In this document: one piece after another, positions 13,147 to 25,462 of the stretch
Layout: every line of letters begins with the position of its first letter
How positions within the stretch are numbered: position 1 is the stretch's first letter
Assembly (NCBI GenBank): GCA_951406725.2
Contig: OX597819.1
Location: 112,344,001 to 112,408,000, forward strand
DNA length: 64,000 nucleotides
From: Octopus vulgaris
Lineage: Eukaryota
Direction of reading: 5' to 3'
Program-made: the position numbers and the translations under genes
Notes under the pieces: model-generated
The model's input: the letters and a program-made list of their open reading frames with translations, nothing else
Database searches by the model: none
Told to the model about the DNA's origin: nothing

Positions 13147-14719
13147 TATTTATAAAAAAAAATAAAAAACAAAAAAATAAGGGGCCATTGTCAAACTTAA
13201 CAGCATTCTCGATAATGATACCAAAGAATTAGGGAGATTCTACAGAAGTAGGTCAATTCTATTTTCAGGCTGTATGTACCAATGGAAACCGACCCTTAAC
13301 ATAGCTTTCAGTATACCAGATATCACAACAGAAACGAAAAAAACATTGAACACAGCTCAATAGTACACCTCAAAAAAATTCTCCACTAGTGTCCAGAAAG
13401 GGTGTATGATACCATCTTGTACTTCCTGGAGCTAATCTTTGTAGAATAAAAGAATTACTAGACACTTGCAATTACTGTGCTGTGAAACTCAGATCACAAG
13501 AAAGGAATTCTTCTCAAATAAACACATACTGAGTACTCTTCTTCTCACTTGTTGACAAAAAGTAACACTTGAATATATGTCTGCGTATGTGAGTGTGCAT
13601 ACGCACATACACAGCTATACACATATGTATATATATATTATACGTACAAAAGTACAAATACATGGTTACATGTATGTGTGTGTGCACATACATATATATT
13701 CGGATATCTTTGTGTGTGCATATAATATATATAAAAAAATATATACATACATATGTGTATATCAATATATATATATACATATATACACACATATACACAC
13801 TAAAAATGTATGTATATATGTGTGTGTGTAAATATATATATATATGTAACTGAGCACATGCGCACGTGTGTGCGTGTATATATATCTACATATGTAGCTG
13901 TAGGTGCATGTACTTATCTGTTTGTGTGTGTGCACACATGCACATTTAAGTTCACATTAATGTATGCTTCCTCTTGAAAATAAATTGTATGCCAAAGATG
14001 CCAAAACATGAAAAAAAATAGAGCAGACACACAGACAGACACATAAAGCAAAACATAGCAAGTTAAGTTTTTATGATTCACGTCAGTAACATAACACCAT
14101 TTCTTCCCTAGTCTGGTTCAGTCCATCTTCAGAGAAATAGGGGAGAGCACACACACACTTCCATATCCCTAATATCATAGATAATATAACAACAACAACG
14201 ACAACAAAAACAGCAGTTGTAACAACAGCAACAGGAACAACAACAAATGTGATCATAGACGCAAGGTAAGATTTTTTCCAAGGAAAAAGTAGATTTAATT
14301 AAACAGCTTTGTCCCTCAGTACATACCTGGTACCTAATTTACTTACTCCAGAAGGGTGAAAGTCACAGTAGACAGACCCTGGTAGGATTTGAACTCAAAA
14401 TGTAAAATGATATAATACCACAAGCTCTATTATTTGGCATCCGACCAAGCCTGTCATGCACTCTGAAAAAATAATTAAGCCAAACCTAGTAGTCTCTACA
14501 TAGTTGCTTCACCAGCTAGAAATAGCAGCTAAAAGCTCCTCACATCAGACCCAATCATCTTAAAGAAGGATTGGATACACTACATCTCTTGATCATAGAT
14601 CTGCTTGTTCATGGTTTATTACATTGGTCCAGGCATGAATTTTCAAGAAAGGAGCATATTTGGTTTAAGCTAATCCTCATTAGTTGACTAGTACTTAATT
14701 TTATCAATCCCTGAAAGAT

Positions 14720-15185
14720 CATCATTATCATCTTTTAACATCTGCTGCCCATGCTGGCATGGGTCAGACAGTTTGACTGAGGACTGGCAAGTCAGAAGGC
14801 TGCACCAGGCTCCAATCTGATCTGGCAAGATTTCTACAGCTGGATACCCTTCCTAATGCCAACCACTCCGAGAGTGTGGTGGGTGCTTTTTACGTGCTAC
14901 CGGCATGGGGGCCATCAGGCAGTGCTGGCATCGGCCATGCTTAAATGGTGCTTTTTATGTGCCATTGGCAAGGGAGCCAGTCAAGCGGCACTGGCATCAA
15001 CCACACTCAAATGGCATTTTTTACATGCCACCAGCACGGTAGCCAGTCAGGTGGCACTGGCATCGAGCATGCTTAAATGTCGCATTTTACGTGCCACCAA
15101 TATGGGAGCCAGTCAGGCAGCACTGGCAACGACCATGCTCAAATGGTGTTAGGTGGCATTGGCATTGACCATGCTCATATGGTGC
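14720..15185 (-). mobile_element. RTE 3'-UTR copy with about five tandem ~60-65 bp internal units
   Basis: Repeats of ggtgctttttacgtgcca..gccagtcaggc..cactggcatc..ccatgctcaaat at 14880-15185. Confidence 0.85.
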
Positions 15186-15789
15186 AATAAAAGGCAACAC
15201 AAAGAACATAACAATACAAGAAATTACCCTACCAATTCCACCATAGTAAAAATTAAAATTGGCTTCAAAATTTAGCACAAGGCCAGCAATTTTAGGGGAT
15301 GGGGTAAGTCAATTACATTGACCCCAGAGCTCAACTGGTACTTATTTTATCAACTCCAGGAAGATGAAAGACAAAGCTGAAACTGGCAGAATTTGAACTC
15401 AGAATGTAATGGATCAGAAGATACTGCAACATTTGTTTTCCAGTACTCCTACAGTACAGCCAGTTTGCCACCTTACTGTAAAAATTAATATTTTCTTAGT
15501 TTGGTACACAGCCACAAATTGGCAGAGAAAGAGTATGGTTAAATGAATCCAGGATACATATATGTATCTTCACAGTCTGTCTTAACCTGTTTCAAGACCA
15601 CTGTGATAGAAATAATATAACAGTTAAACAGGCAGCGGGAAAGAAGTGAAGGAGGCTAATTAGGAATGTTGAGCAACTTCTAATTAACATCACTGTGATG
15701 TCAGAGATCTGGTGGCATTTTAGATACTCAGGGAGGATTTCTTGGAATTGATTAGATGACTGCGCTTGACTCATGGATGCATGTTAACG

Positions 15790-16060
15790 CACCAGAGACC
15801 ATAATCAGACCCGTAGACAGCCTGACTTCATCCTGGGCCACTATTCTGAAGTCAACCATAAGTGGGTGTAATGTGGATACACACCGTCACAGGGATATAT
15901 TTCAAGGAGACAGTCATTCTTTATGATGTTGTTCAAAATTCAGTAAACTCCTTGTTCTTTTCACTGAGAAAATCTAAAGGATATAGATTTATTCACAGTA
16001 AGACAAAACACCAGCCTGACACATTGCTTGTTTTGTAGATGATCTGAAAGTACAAGGTAT
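15790..16060 (+). pseudogene. Old R4-like reverse transcriptase fragment
   Basis: DIFQGDS (15894-15914), LRKSKGY and FVDDLK (16032-16049) match the GIFQGDSLSP and FxDDLK motifs of RLE-type non-LTR RTs; broken by stops and frameshifts. Confidence 0.65.
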
Positions 16061-16786
16061 GAGAGAAACTCCACCACCACCATATTTTATATGACCATTC
16101 TTGTAGTACAAACAAAGTTAGGAAGGTGACAATAGTGTTTTCACGTAACTAATATTTTGTCATTTCTTTGTGGTTACCTTCATAGCTTGGGTTGTTGCAT
16201 ACTGTATGTTTGCTATTGAAAATTTTATTAAGGATGGTGAATCTGGAGTAATGATAAAGAATAAACCTACACAGTTGTCAAGAACTAGTGAGAACATACA
16301 CAAACACCAATACACACACACACACACACACATTCACAACAAGTTTCCACAGAGATCCTGTCTATGAAATCCACTCAGAAGGCAGTGGTCAGCCTGGGAC
16401 TATAACAGAAGACATTTGCCAAAGCTGTCACACAGCAGAACTAAACTGGAAGTCATGTAGATACAAAGGGAGGATTCTTAACCACTCAACCATGACCTCC
16501 ACGAATGATGTATATAAAAAGATAAAATAAAAATAAAATAGAACAAACTACATAATTCCATACAAACATTTATATGAATGAGCAAACATGAAAGCCTCTA
16601 CATGGTTACCATCCTGTAAAAAATAGCTGTTAAACCTCTATCAAATCACAATGAACTGACTTAAATAAGGAAAGCCTGCATTAGATAATGTAGCTCAACA
16701 CAGCCTATGAGATATAGAAGCCTCATAAGTGGAATGTCTTTGATCATAGGTCTGTTGGATAATCAGAATGACCTGGGGTCATATAA

Positions 16787-17130
16787 CAACACACACACAC
16801 ACACACACATATATATACACACACACACACACACACATACACACACACACACACACATATATACACACACACACATATATATACACACACACACATATAC
16901 CTTCATATACATATGTATATGTTTGTATGTGTTTATATACTATATATAAATACACACACGCACACACATACACATACACCCCATATACATGTAGATGTGT
17001 GCGTATTTAGCTATATATACATAAATATACATACATATATACATACATATACACATATATACATACATATACATATATATACATACATATATATGCATAC
17101 ATATACATACATATATATATATATACATAC

Positions 17131-17163
<33 letters not shown>

Positions 17164-17505
17164 CATATACATACATATACATACATATATATATATATAC
17201 ATACATATACATACATATATATATATACATATATATACATATACATACATATACATACATATATACACATACACATATATACATATACACATACATACAC
17301 ATACATACATATATATATATGTGCACACAGATACACACACACATATTCATATAGTAACGTGTACATATGTATGTGTTTTATATATATATATATATTTATA
17401 TATATATACACATATACATGCATACATGTGTATGTGCTTATAAATACATACACACACACACACATATACACACATGTATACACATATATGTGTAACATAT
17501 GCATA
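16787..17505. repeat. (CA)n/(TA)n/(CATA)n compound microsatellite
   Basis: Direct reading. Confidence 0.95.
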
Positions 17506-17510
17506 CATAC

Positions 17511-17534
17511 CAGGAACTGTGATCCAGCTGGAGC
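17511..17534 (-). other. Candidate 24-nt microexon (APAGSQFL in phase 0)
   Basis: tacAG|GCTCCAGCTGGATCACAGTTCCTG|GTATGT; no other AG on the minus strand for ~165 nt upstream; branch-like ctgac nearby; unique sequence amid microsatellites. Confidence 0.45.
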
Positions 17535-17804
17535 CTGTATCATTAATATTTTAGATGAGTCAGAGTCAATATAAGTAGTGGTGTGAGGTGAGACAAAGAG
17601 ACATACGCGCACGCACACGCACGCACACACACACACACACAGACACACACACACACACATGCATGCAGGGAGAGATCGAAGGAGAGATATATTGTGAGTC
17701 ATACTTAACATGGGAAATGATGTGAGGAGGGATGATGGAAAGAGAAAGGGAGACAAAATTATCGGCAATTAAAAACACCTGATGAATCAACAGATAGCCA
17801 CAGT

Positions 17805-17835
<31 letters not shown>

Positions 17836-17999
17836 AAGAGAGTGTGTACGTGCATGTGTTTATCCTTTCACTAGATTCTAGTAAAAAAGGGGCCTGTCTG
17901 TGGTTGGTTGATAGTAAACAGAGTACTAGACGGTCAATAATCAAGTGATGAATGTCCTGAAGTATGAATGAGCTTGAATGTGGCCATAGGAGAATGACA

Positions 18000-18517
18000 G
18001 GCTTGAGCGTGACTGGGCTTGAGGGTGACTGGGCTTGAGGGTGACTGGGCTTGAGGGAGACTGGGCTTGAGGGAGACTGGGCTTGAGGGAGACTGGGCTT
18101 GAGGGAGACTGGGCTTGAGGGAAAATTGGGCTTGAGGGTGACTGGGCTTGGGGGAGACTGGGCTTGAGGGAGACTGGGCTTGAGGGAGACTGGGCTTGAG
18201 GGAGACTGGGTTGAGGGAGACTGGACTTGAGGGTGACTGGGCTTGAGGGTGACTGGGCTTGAGGGTGACTGGGCTTGAGGGAGACTGGGCTTGAGGGAGA
18301 CTGGGCTTGAGGGAGACTGGGCTTGAGGGAGACTGGGTTTGAGGGTGACTGGGCTTGAGGGAGACTGGGCTTGAGGGTGACTGGGCTTGAGGGTGACTGG
18401 GCTTGAGGGAGACTGGGCTTGAGGGTGACTGGGCTTGAGGGTGACTGGGCTTGAGAGAGACTGGGCTTGAGGGAGACTGGGCTTCAGCATGGCTGGGCTT
18501 CCGTGACTGGGCTTGAG
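18000..18517 (+). repeat. 16-bp minisatellite (GGGCTTGAGGG[A/T]GACT)n, about 32 units, with degenerate 16-bp units continuing to ~18690
   Basis: Direct reading; the 16-aa periodicity of the minus-strand ORFs equals three units. Confidence 0.95.
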
Positions 18518-19624
18518 TGTAATCATATTTGAGTGTAATTGTGTATAAGTGAGATAATGTTTGAGTATAGCTACTTGAGAGTGGTTGTAATAGAGAATGA
18601 GTGTACTTTAGTGTAATCATGTTTGAATGTAACTGTCTGAATCTGCTTAAGCGTGACTTTACTGGAGTGTGACTGTGCTTGAGTTTAGCTGTGCATATGT
18701 CCAGCTAGACTCAAAGAATTTTGAGGATACGTTCAAAGTGAGTGTATCTGTATGTATGTAAGTATCTGCACCTCATGTACGTGTATATGTGTGTGTGTGT
18801 AATGGATCCACTTCTGAACTTCATGGTCTCAGGTTCATTCCCATTGGACAGCAACTAGAGCAAGTATCTTCTACAATGGCCTTGGGCCAATTAATGCTTT
18901 GCAAGTCTATTTGGGAAACAAAAACTGCATGGAAGCACAATGTGTGTGTGTGTATGTGTGTGTGAGAGAGAGAGAGAAAGAGAGAGAAAGAAAAGGAGAG
19001 AGAGAGAGAAAGAGAGATTGTTTACATTCCTTGCTTCAAGAAACATTGAGTAACAAACAACAACAGTTTGTTGACATTCACAAGCTCCATGCTTCTGAAC
19101 ATGTGTAAGATATAAAAACAAATCCCTTACTTGGAAAATAAGGGTTAGCAACAGAAAAAGCATCCAGCTGTAAAACACTGCATCAAAAATGTATATCCAG
19201 CTAACATGCTAACATGGAAGAATAGACATATACTAAATCAACGAATGAGCAAACGAATGTAGATAGAAGTGTGCAGTGTTCTCTAATGAGATGTGAGTTG
19301 TAACACCTGGCCATGTTGTAACAAAACAACAACAAAACTGAATAGACCTAATCTATAACATTAAATTCTTGGTTTTTATTAGGGATTTCTTCAATCACCC
19401 ATTTGGAATCTATTTATAACATATGCATGCATGCATGCACACAGGTACAAACACACGTTTTTATACACATATTCATATAAACACATTATACATATAAGTA
19501 TTTATGTGCATGAATTACACATATTATGCATATAAACATGCACTTGCATCATATGTATATGTGCATGCACATTTCTCACACACATAAATATAGGCATACG
19601 ACACATATATATACTGTACGTATA

Positions 19625-19663
<39 letters not shown>

Positions 19664-19893
19664 CCATACGTATGAGTTTAGATACACATATGCCATTACA
19701 TATAATTAAACATTCGCATGCATGCAAGCATGTGTGTGTGTGTGTGTGTGTGTGTGAAAAGCAAGAGGGAGAGATGGCGATGGAGAGAACACCTATGTTT
19801 AATGAAGCAGTAAATTGCTACATTATAATGAAGTTGGCTTTCATTGAATGAAAGCCAGCTTGAAAAGTTTGGTGATAATAGCAACAACATCAT

Positions 19894-19894
<1 letters not shown>

Positions 19895-19924
<30 letters not shown>

Positions 19925-19935
19925 AATAAATAATA

Positions 19936-19972
<37 letters not shown>
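19895..19972. repeat. (TAA)n microsatellite
   Basis: Direct reading. Confidence 0.95.
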
Positions 19973-19974
<2 letters not shown>

Positions 19975-21296
19975 TTTCTGTTATTGTGGATGGTGGAATC
20001 GGTAAAGCAACAGACAAAAATGTCTTGCAGTATTTGGTTACATCCTTTTAGCTCTCATTCTCCTAGGGTCACTAAAATAGCAATAGACAAGTGCTTATGT
20101 CACTTTAACATACTGACCTCCCCACCACCACACCACCACCACCACCATCACCACTATTCAAATGTCTGCCTTTGTGCCAATGTAAGAAACATTTAGAGAC
20201 ATGTAGAATCAGTAAAGTGTCAGACAAAACAACTGATGGTATTTTAAAGGCAGTGAGCTGGCACAAACATTAGCACGCCGGGCGAAATGCTTAGCGGCAT
20301 TTCGTCTACCACTACGTTGTGAGTTCAAATTCCGCCGAGGTCGACTTTACCTTTCATCCTTTCGGGGTCGATAAATTAAATACCAGTTACGCACTGGGGT
20401 CAATGTAATCGACTTAATACCTATGTCTGTCCTTGTTTGTTCCCTCTGTGTTTAGCCCCGTGGGTAATAAAGAAATAGGTATTTTATTATTTTCATGTAT
20501 GATCTGAGTTCAAGCCGCAATGAGGTCAACTTTGCTTTTATCCTCCCAAAGGACAAGAGGAAGTGTGAGTGATAGAATAAGTACCAGTTAAATACTAGTG
20601 TTGATATAATCAACTGTACCCTCCCTTGGAAACAGGGGTGATCTTTGAATCTATCGTAGAAAACATTAAACATTACCATTTTATTACATAAAGAGCAGTA
20701 AGAATGAATGGCGGCGCCCCAGCATGGCCACAGCTCGTGAGCTGAAACTAGATGAAATAAAAAAAGTGAAAAAAAAAAAAAAAAGAATGCAAGCTAGCAG
20801 AATCGTTAGCATACTTTTCTTCCAGATCTACATTCTGAGTTCAAATGTCACCAATGCTGACTTTGATTTTTGGTCAGTTAGTCTACATTACTCCATAATG
20901 AACATAGGGCCAGTTTCCCAGTTTGTCGGGTGGATACATTCCTTTCTGGACTGGATGTGGTCCATCGCAGGACAACTCTTTTTTACCTGCCGAGTGAACT
21001 GTAACAATGTGATATGAAGTGTTTTGTTCAAGAACACAACACATTGTTGCATCAAGTCCAGAAATCAAAACCATAATTCTATGATCATGAATCAAACGCG
21101 CTAACCACTAAGCCATATACCTCCACCTTTTGGGGTTGGCAAAGTAAGTTTCAGTTGAGCACTGGGGTCTAATGTAATCAACTTCCTTCAAAATTTCATG
21201 CTTTGTGTCCATGGTAGAAAAAATTATAAAAAAAGAGCAGTGGTTTTCAAATGTGGCAGATTTCATGACTATAAGACTTGTAATATATTTCCAACT

Positions 21297-21495
21297 GGCT
21301 CCTGTGCGGGTGGCACGTAAAAAGCACCCACTACACTCACGGAGTGGTTGGCGTTAGGAAGGGCATCCAGCCGTAGAAACACTGCCAGATCAGACTGGGC
21401 CTTATGCAGCCTTCTGGCTTCACAGACCCCAGTTGAACCGTCCAACCCATGCTAGCATGGAAAGCGGACGCTAAATGATGATTATGATGATGATG
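21297..21495 (+). mobile_element. Truncated RTE 3'-UTR copy
   Basis: ggcacgtaaaaagcacccactacactcacggagtggttggcgttaggaagggcatccagc...(GAT)n. Confidence 0.9.
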
Positions 21496-21509
21496 AGAGA
21501 ATATTTTTG

Positions 21510-21705
21510 TGGTCACTTAGCTCACTTGAAATAGCAGTCAAATCTCCTTCAAATCATACACCCTTATCTTAAACTATGAAGAATGCATTGGAACATGTAG
21601 TCCTTTCAAGCTATTTTTGAAAAGACAATCTGGTTATGGCTAGAATGCTTTTGATCATAGGTTTGGATTTGCTAAATAAATGTCGACCTATTGCTAAACA
21701 ACAGC
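21510..21705 (+). mobile_element. Family-4 retroposon tail ending in (CAA)n (copies at ~2430-2625 and 34200-34380 minus; 14500-14640, 16600-16790, 52055-52260, 53430-53610, 62845-62980 plus)
   Basis: Recurrent gaaatagcagc..aaatct..tcaaatca...ttgatcatagg...gacct..ggctaaacaacaac. Confidence 0.65.
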
Positions 21706-21766
21706 AACAATTTGCAATATTTATGTTATAAGTTCAAATTTTGCCTTGTCAATTATCTTTCCAAAG

Positions 21767-21860
21767 TTGATAAAATCAAGTAGCAGTTGAGTGGGCTTGA
21801 TAAAATCAAGTACCAGTTGAGTGAATATTGATAAAATCAAGTACCAATCAAGTGATAAGG
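21767..21860 (+). repeat. About 30-bp tandem triplication (ttgataaaatcaagtaccagttgagtg) of a SINE segment
   Basis: Three consecutive copies read directly. Confidence 0.8.
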
Positions 21861-24679
21861 TCAATATAATCAACTGTATCCTACCCCCAACAAATTTTGG
21901 CCCTGTGTCAATGTAAAAAATCAATCTTTAGTTGTGTCTTGTGGCAGGATCAATAAAATACAAACCAGTAATTTACTGAATCAGATTTATTGACTATATT
22001 TATCACCCACAAATTTGGTGGTCTTGTGTGCTAATTATTAATACAATTAAAATGCAAGTAGCCATGTAGCTCTTTTACAACAAAAAACCTGTTCTGCTCT
22101 AGTCATTTCACTCCTTCTTCCACCTATTTTTTACCCCTTATCTCCTTAAATAAAATTTTTCCTTTGAGAAAATATTTTTCATAATTTTGTAAGCTGCATG
22201 GTAGCCTCACAAGTGCTTCTGGCATGAAAAAAGCCCCTAGTAAATGCTGTGATGTGGTGACATTAGGAAGGCGTTCCAGCTAAAAAAAACCTTGCCAAAG
22301 CAGACACTGGAGCACAATATTTTGCATAATAATATTTTAAGAAATCTGGACATCTTTCTTACTGCTAACCATTCAACTTCAAATTACAATTGTTAATTTT
22401 TGGAAGTCAAGTAGTGTTATCGTACAGAGTGGAAGCTCAATACGAAGTTTTAAACTCATTATCTTGTGGTTAGTAATCCATTACTTTAAATTTGAAGCAA
22501 TTAAGTCTTTAAACAATATTTTACTGGGTTTAGTCTTTTGACTGTTGCCATGATGGGCTATCACCTTTAAAATTTAATTGGTCATACTGACCTCAGTATG
22601 TATTTCAATCTGGCATTTATTTTATAGATCTCTGCTTGATGAACTGCTAACTTTGAGACATAGTGGGACACAATACTCGATTTAACAACAACTGTAAACA
22701 CACACACACACACACACTTATTAGGTGCAAGAATGACTGTGTTGTTGAGAAGTTTGCTTCCCAACCACATGGTTCCATGTTCAGTCCCTCTGCATAGTAC
22801 CTTGGGCAAGTATTTTCTACTATAACCCTAGACCAACCACAGACTTGTGACTGAATTTGGTAGATGAAAACCACAGCTTTGTTCATCAGAAAATGACCAA
22901 ATAACATGTTTATAGAGAAGTGTTGTTTGCTTCATACTCCTCTTGTGCCAATTCTGCCTATAAGAAAAGAACAAATAATACAATGTGGCTGCAGATCATA
23001 ACACCCAGGCAATGCTGAGGTGCATTGCTAGTTATCATTAAGACAGCAAACTGGCAGAGTTGTTAACACACAGGGCAAAATGCTTAGCAGCATTTCACTG
23101 AGCTTTACATTCTGAGTTCAAATTCCACTGAAGCCAACTTTGCCTATCATCCTTTCAGGGTCAGTAAAAAAGTGGCATTTGAGCAAAGGGGTTGATGTAA
23201 TCAACTTACCCCTCTCGTGAAACTGCCAGCTTTGTGCCACAATTTGAAACCATTATTATTAGTATTAAACTGATGAACTGGCTAAATCAGTAGAGCACTG
23301 GACAAATATTTTTATGATATCTAATTATGTCACTTTATGTTTGGAGTTCAAATCCAGACAAGATGAACTTTGCCTCAGAAGTATATGTCAAGTAATAGGG
23401 TCAATTTGATTGACTACACCTTCAACAAAGCCCGATGGTCTCACTGTCTTTTGTTAGATTCCATTATTATTGTTAGGGTTGCAGATGACAGAATCAATAA
23501 AATACCAGACAAAATTCTTTATGGCATCCTGTCAAAGATACCTTTCAGCCTCCAAGTATCAATAACATAAGTATAGTCAAGTATTAGATTCAATTTAATC
23601 AATAATACCCACCACTCCAAAAAATTATGGTCTTGCGTCAATGATAGAAATCATTATTACTTTACATTTTGGCACAAGGCCACAGATTTTGGAGATAAAG
23701 ATAAATGACCCAGTCACCTAAAAATGTAAATATATTCAATGAAATGGTGTAGCACTTCACAAAAGCTGAAGTGCTGCAAGGCCAACAAGCATCCCAGCAA
23801 CCATCAGTGACCAAGATCAAATTATCTTTTAGACCAAATTAGCAATGGACTAGAATTACCATCCAGAGGATGACAAATGAAGAAGACATAATTGTCAGCA
23901 AGTCAAATGCTATGGAAACTGGGGAAAAAACTGTCACACATATCACAAACTGTAGTAAAACTCGCGGGTGAATGCTTATGGCTATACACAGATCACACCA
24001 ATAGATTCCCAACATAACGTCACAAAAATATTACAAATGAAATAAAGACCCCTTTTAGACATGTAGGGAACAATATTCGCCACAACAAACTTCAGTCTCC
24101 ACAGTCCCTATCTTTAAATGCACAGCAACCTCCAAATACAAAGACACATCTATAATACTTGGGAATGTTACAATTGACATGTCATAATGCTACTACAATA
24201 CAGGCTAAACAACACTATAACTCTCATCCAGATTCCAAACAAACATTGAATACATACACACACACAAGGTCAGCCATATCCATAACCTCATTAGTCTTAA
24301 ACACTGAACAGGGTGTCAGAGGTGTACATCACAGATGTTTAATGATGGTAACGTCTTCACTTCACTCTCTTAGTTCTCCGACTCCACATGGGTGATAGCA
24401 ACAACCATGATGATTACCAGCTAGCATTACTTTAATCTCTAATTACTATAGTAATGAATGAAGATGCTACAACCCAAGTCAACCTTGGTAGTCTCCATTG
24501 TAACCACAATGACCAGAACTTACAGGAAGAGACTGAACAGTGAAAAAAAACCCACATGTTCAGACTACAAGACTGTAGCCAATATAATAGATGACGTTAT
24601 CGCAGAGTACACAATATGGCCACGAATATGGCTGTGTGACTTACAAGGTTGCTTTGCAATCACATGGTTTCTGGTTCAG

Positions 24680-25055
24680 CTGTACCCTCCCTTGGAAACA
24701 GGGGTGGTCTTTGAATTTATTGTAGAAAACATAAGACATTTTACTGATTCTACCTGTCTCTAAATGTTTCTTACATTGGCACAAAGGCAGACATTTGAAT
24801 AGTGGTGATGGTGGTGGTGTTGGTGGTGGGGAGGTCAGTATGTTAAAGTGACATAAGCACTTGTCTATTGCTATTTTAGTGACCCTAGGAGAATGAGAGC
24901 TAAAAGGATGTAACCAAATTTTGCATAATAATATTTTAAGAAATCTGGACATCTTTCTTACTGCTAACCATTCAACTTCAAATTACAATTGTTAATTTTT
25001 GGAAGTCAAGTAGTGCTATCGTACAGAGTGGAAGCTCAATATGAAGTTTTAAACT
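24680..25055. other. Three-piece templated mosaic insertion inside a family-2 SINE
   Basis: Pieces match 20614-20674 (direct), 20032-20221 (inverted) and 22319-22456 (direct). Confidence 0.85.
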
Positions 25056-25219
25056 TGCAGCACCTTAAGCAAGTATCATCTGGTGTAGCCCTGAGCTGAC
25101 CAATGCCTTGTGAGTGAATCTAGTAGAAGGAAATTGTAGAAGCTTGTCATTTATATAGAGTGTGGATGGGGGATGTCTTTGTGTTAGTCCCTCTCACCGA
25201 TTGACAACATGATTGGTTT

Positions 25220-25462
25220 TTAATACAGTAATATATTTAAGAGATGAGGAATTATATACATTATTTACATTCGACAGATATTTGTACTCATCTTGTTTGT
25301 TGTTAACACAACGTTTCGGGTGATATACCCTCCAGCCTTCTTAAGGTGTCTTGGGGAAATTTCGAACATGGGTTCCCCAAAACTCCTGAAGATTTCGCCA
25401 AGACACCTGAAGAAGGCTGGAGGGTATGAGGACAAATATCCAAAAAATGTAAATAATGTACA
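25220..25462. mobile_element. Palindromic Penelope-derived insert with degenerate minimal hammerhead motif
   Basis: gattggttt duplication on both flanks; inner and outer inverted arms; CTGAAGA..stem..GAAACGTT core split between the arms. Confidence 0.65.

Noticed and set aside
12300-13510. Possible decayed LINE flanking the mariner
   Set aside because: Only vague peptide similarity, no diagnostic motif
14880-15185. CRISPR-like repeat-spacer pattern
   Set aside because: The apparent spacers are homologous; this is a tandem module of an RTE 3' UTR
17759-18620. 255-aa and 228-aa Pro/Ser/Gln-rich ORFs
   Set aside because: Translations of a 16-bp minisatellite (not a multiple of 3) that happens to lack stops
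23720-24050. Possible very old R4-like knuckle fragment (ETGEKTVTHITNCSK)
   Set aside because: Too degenerate to support by eye
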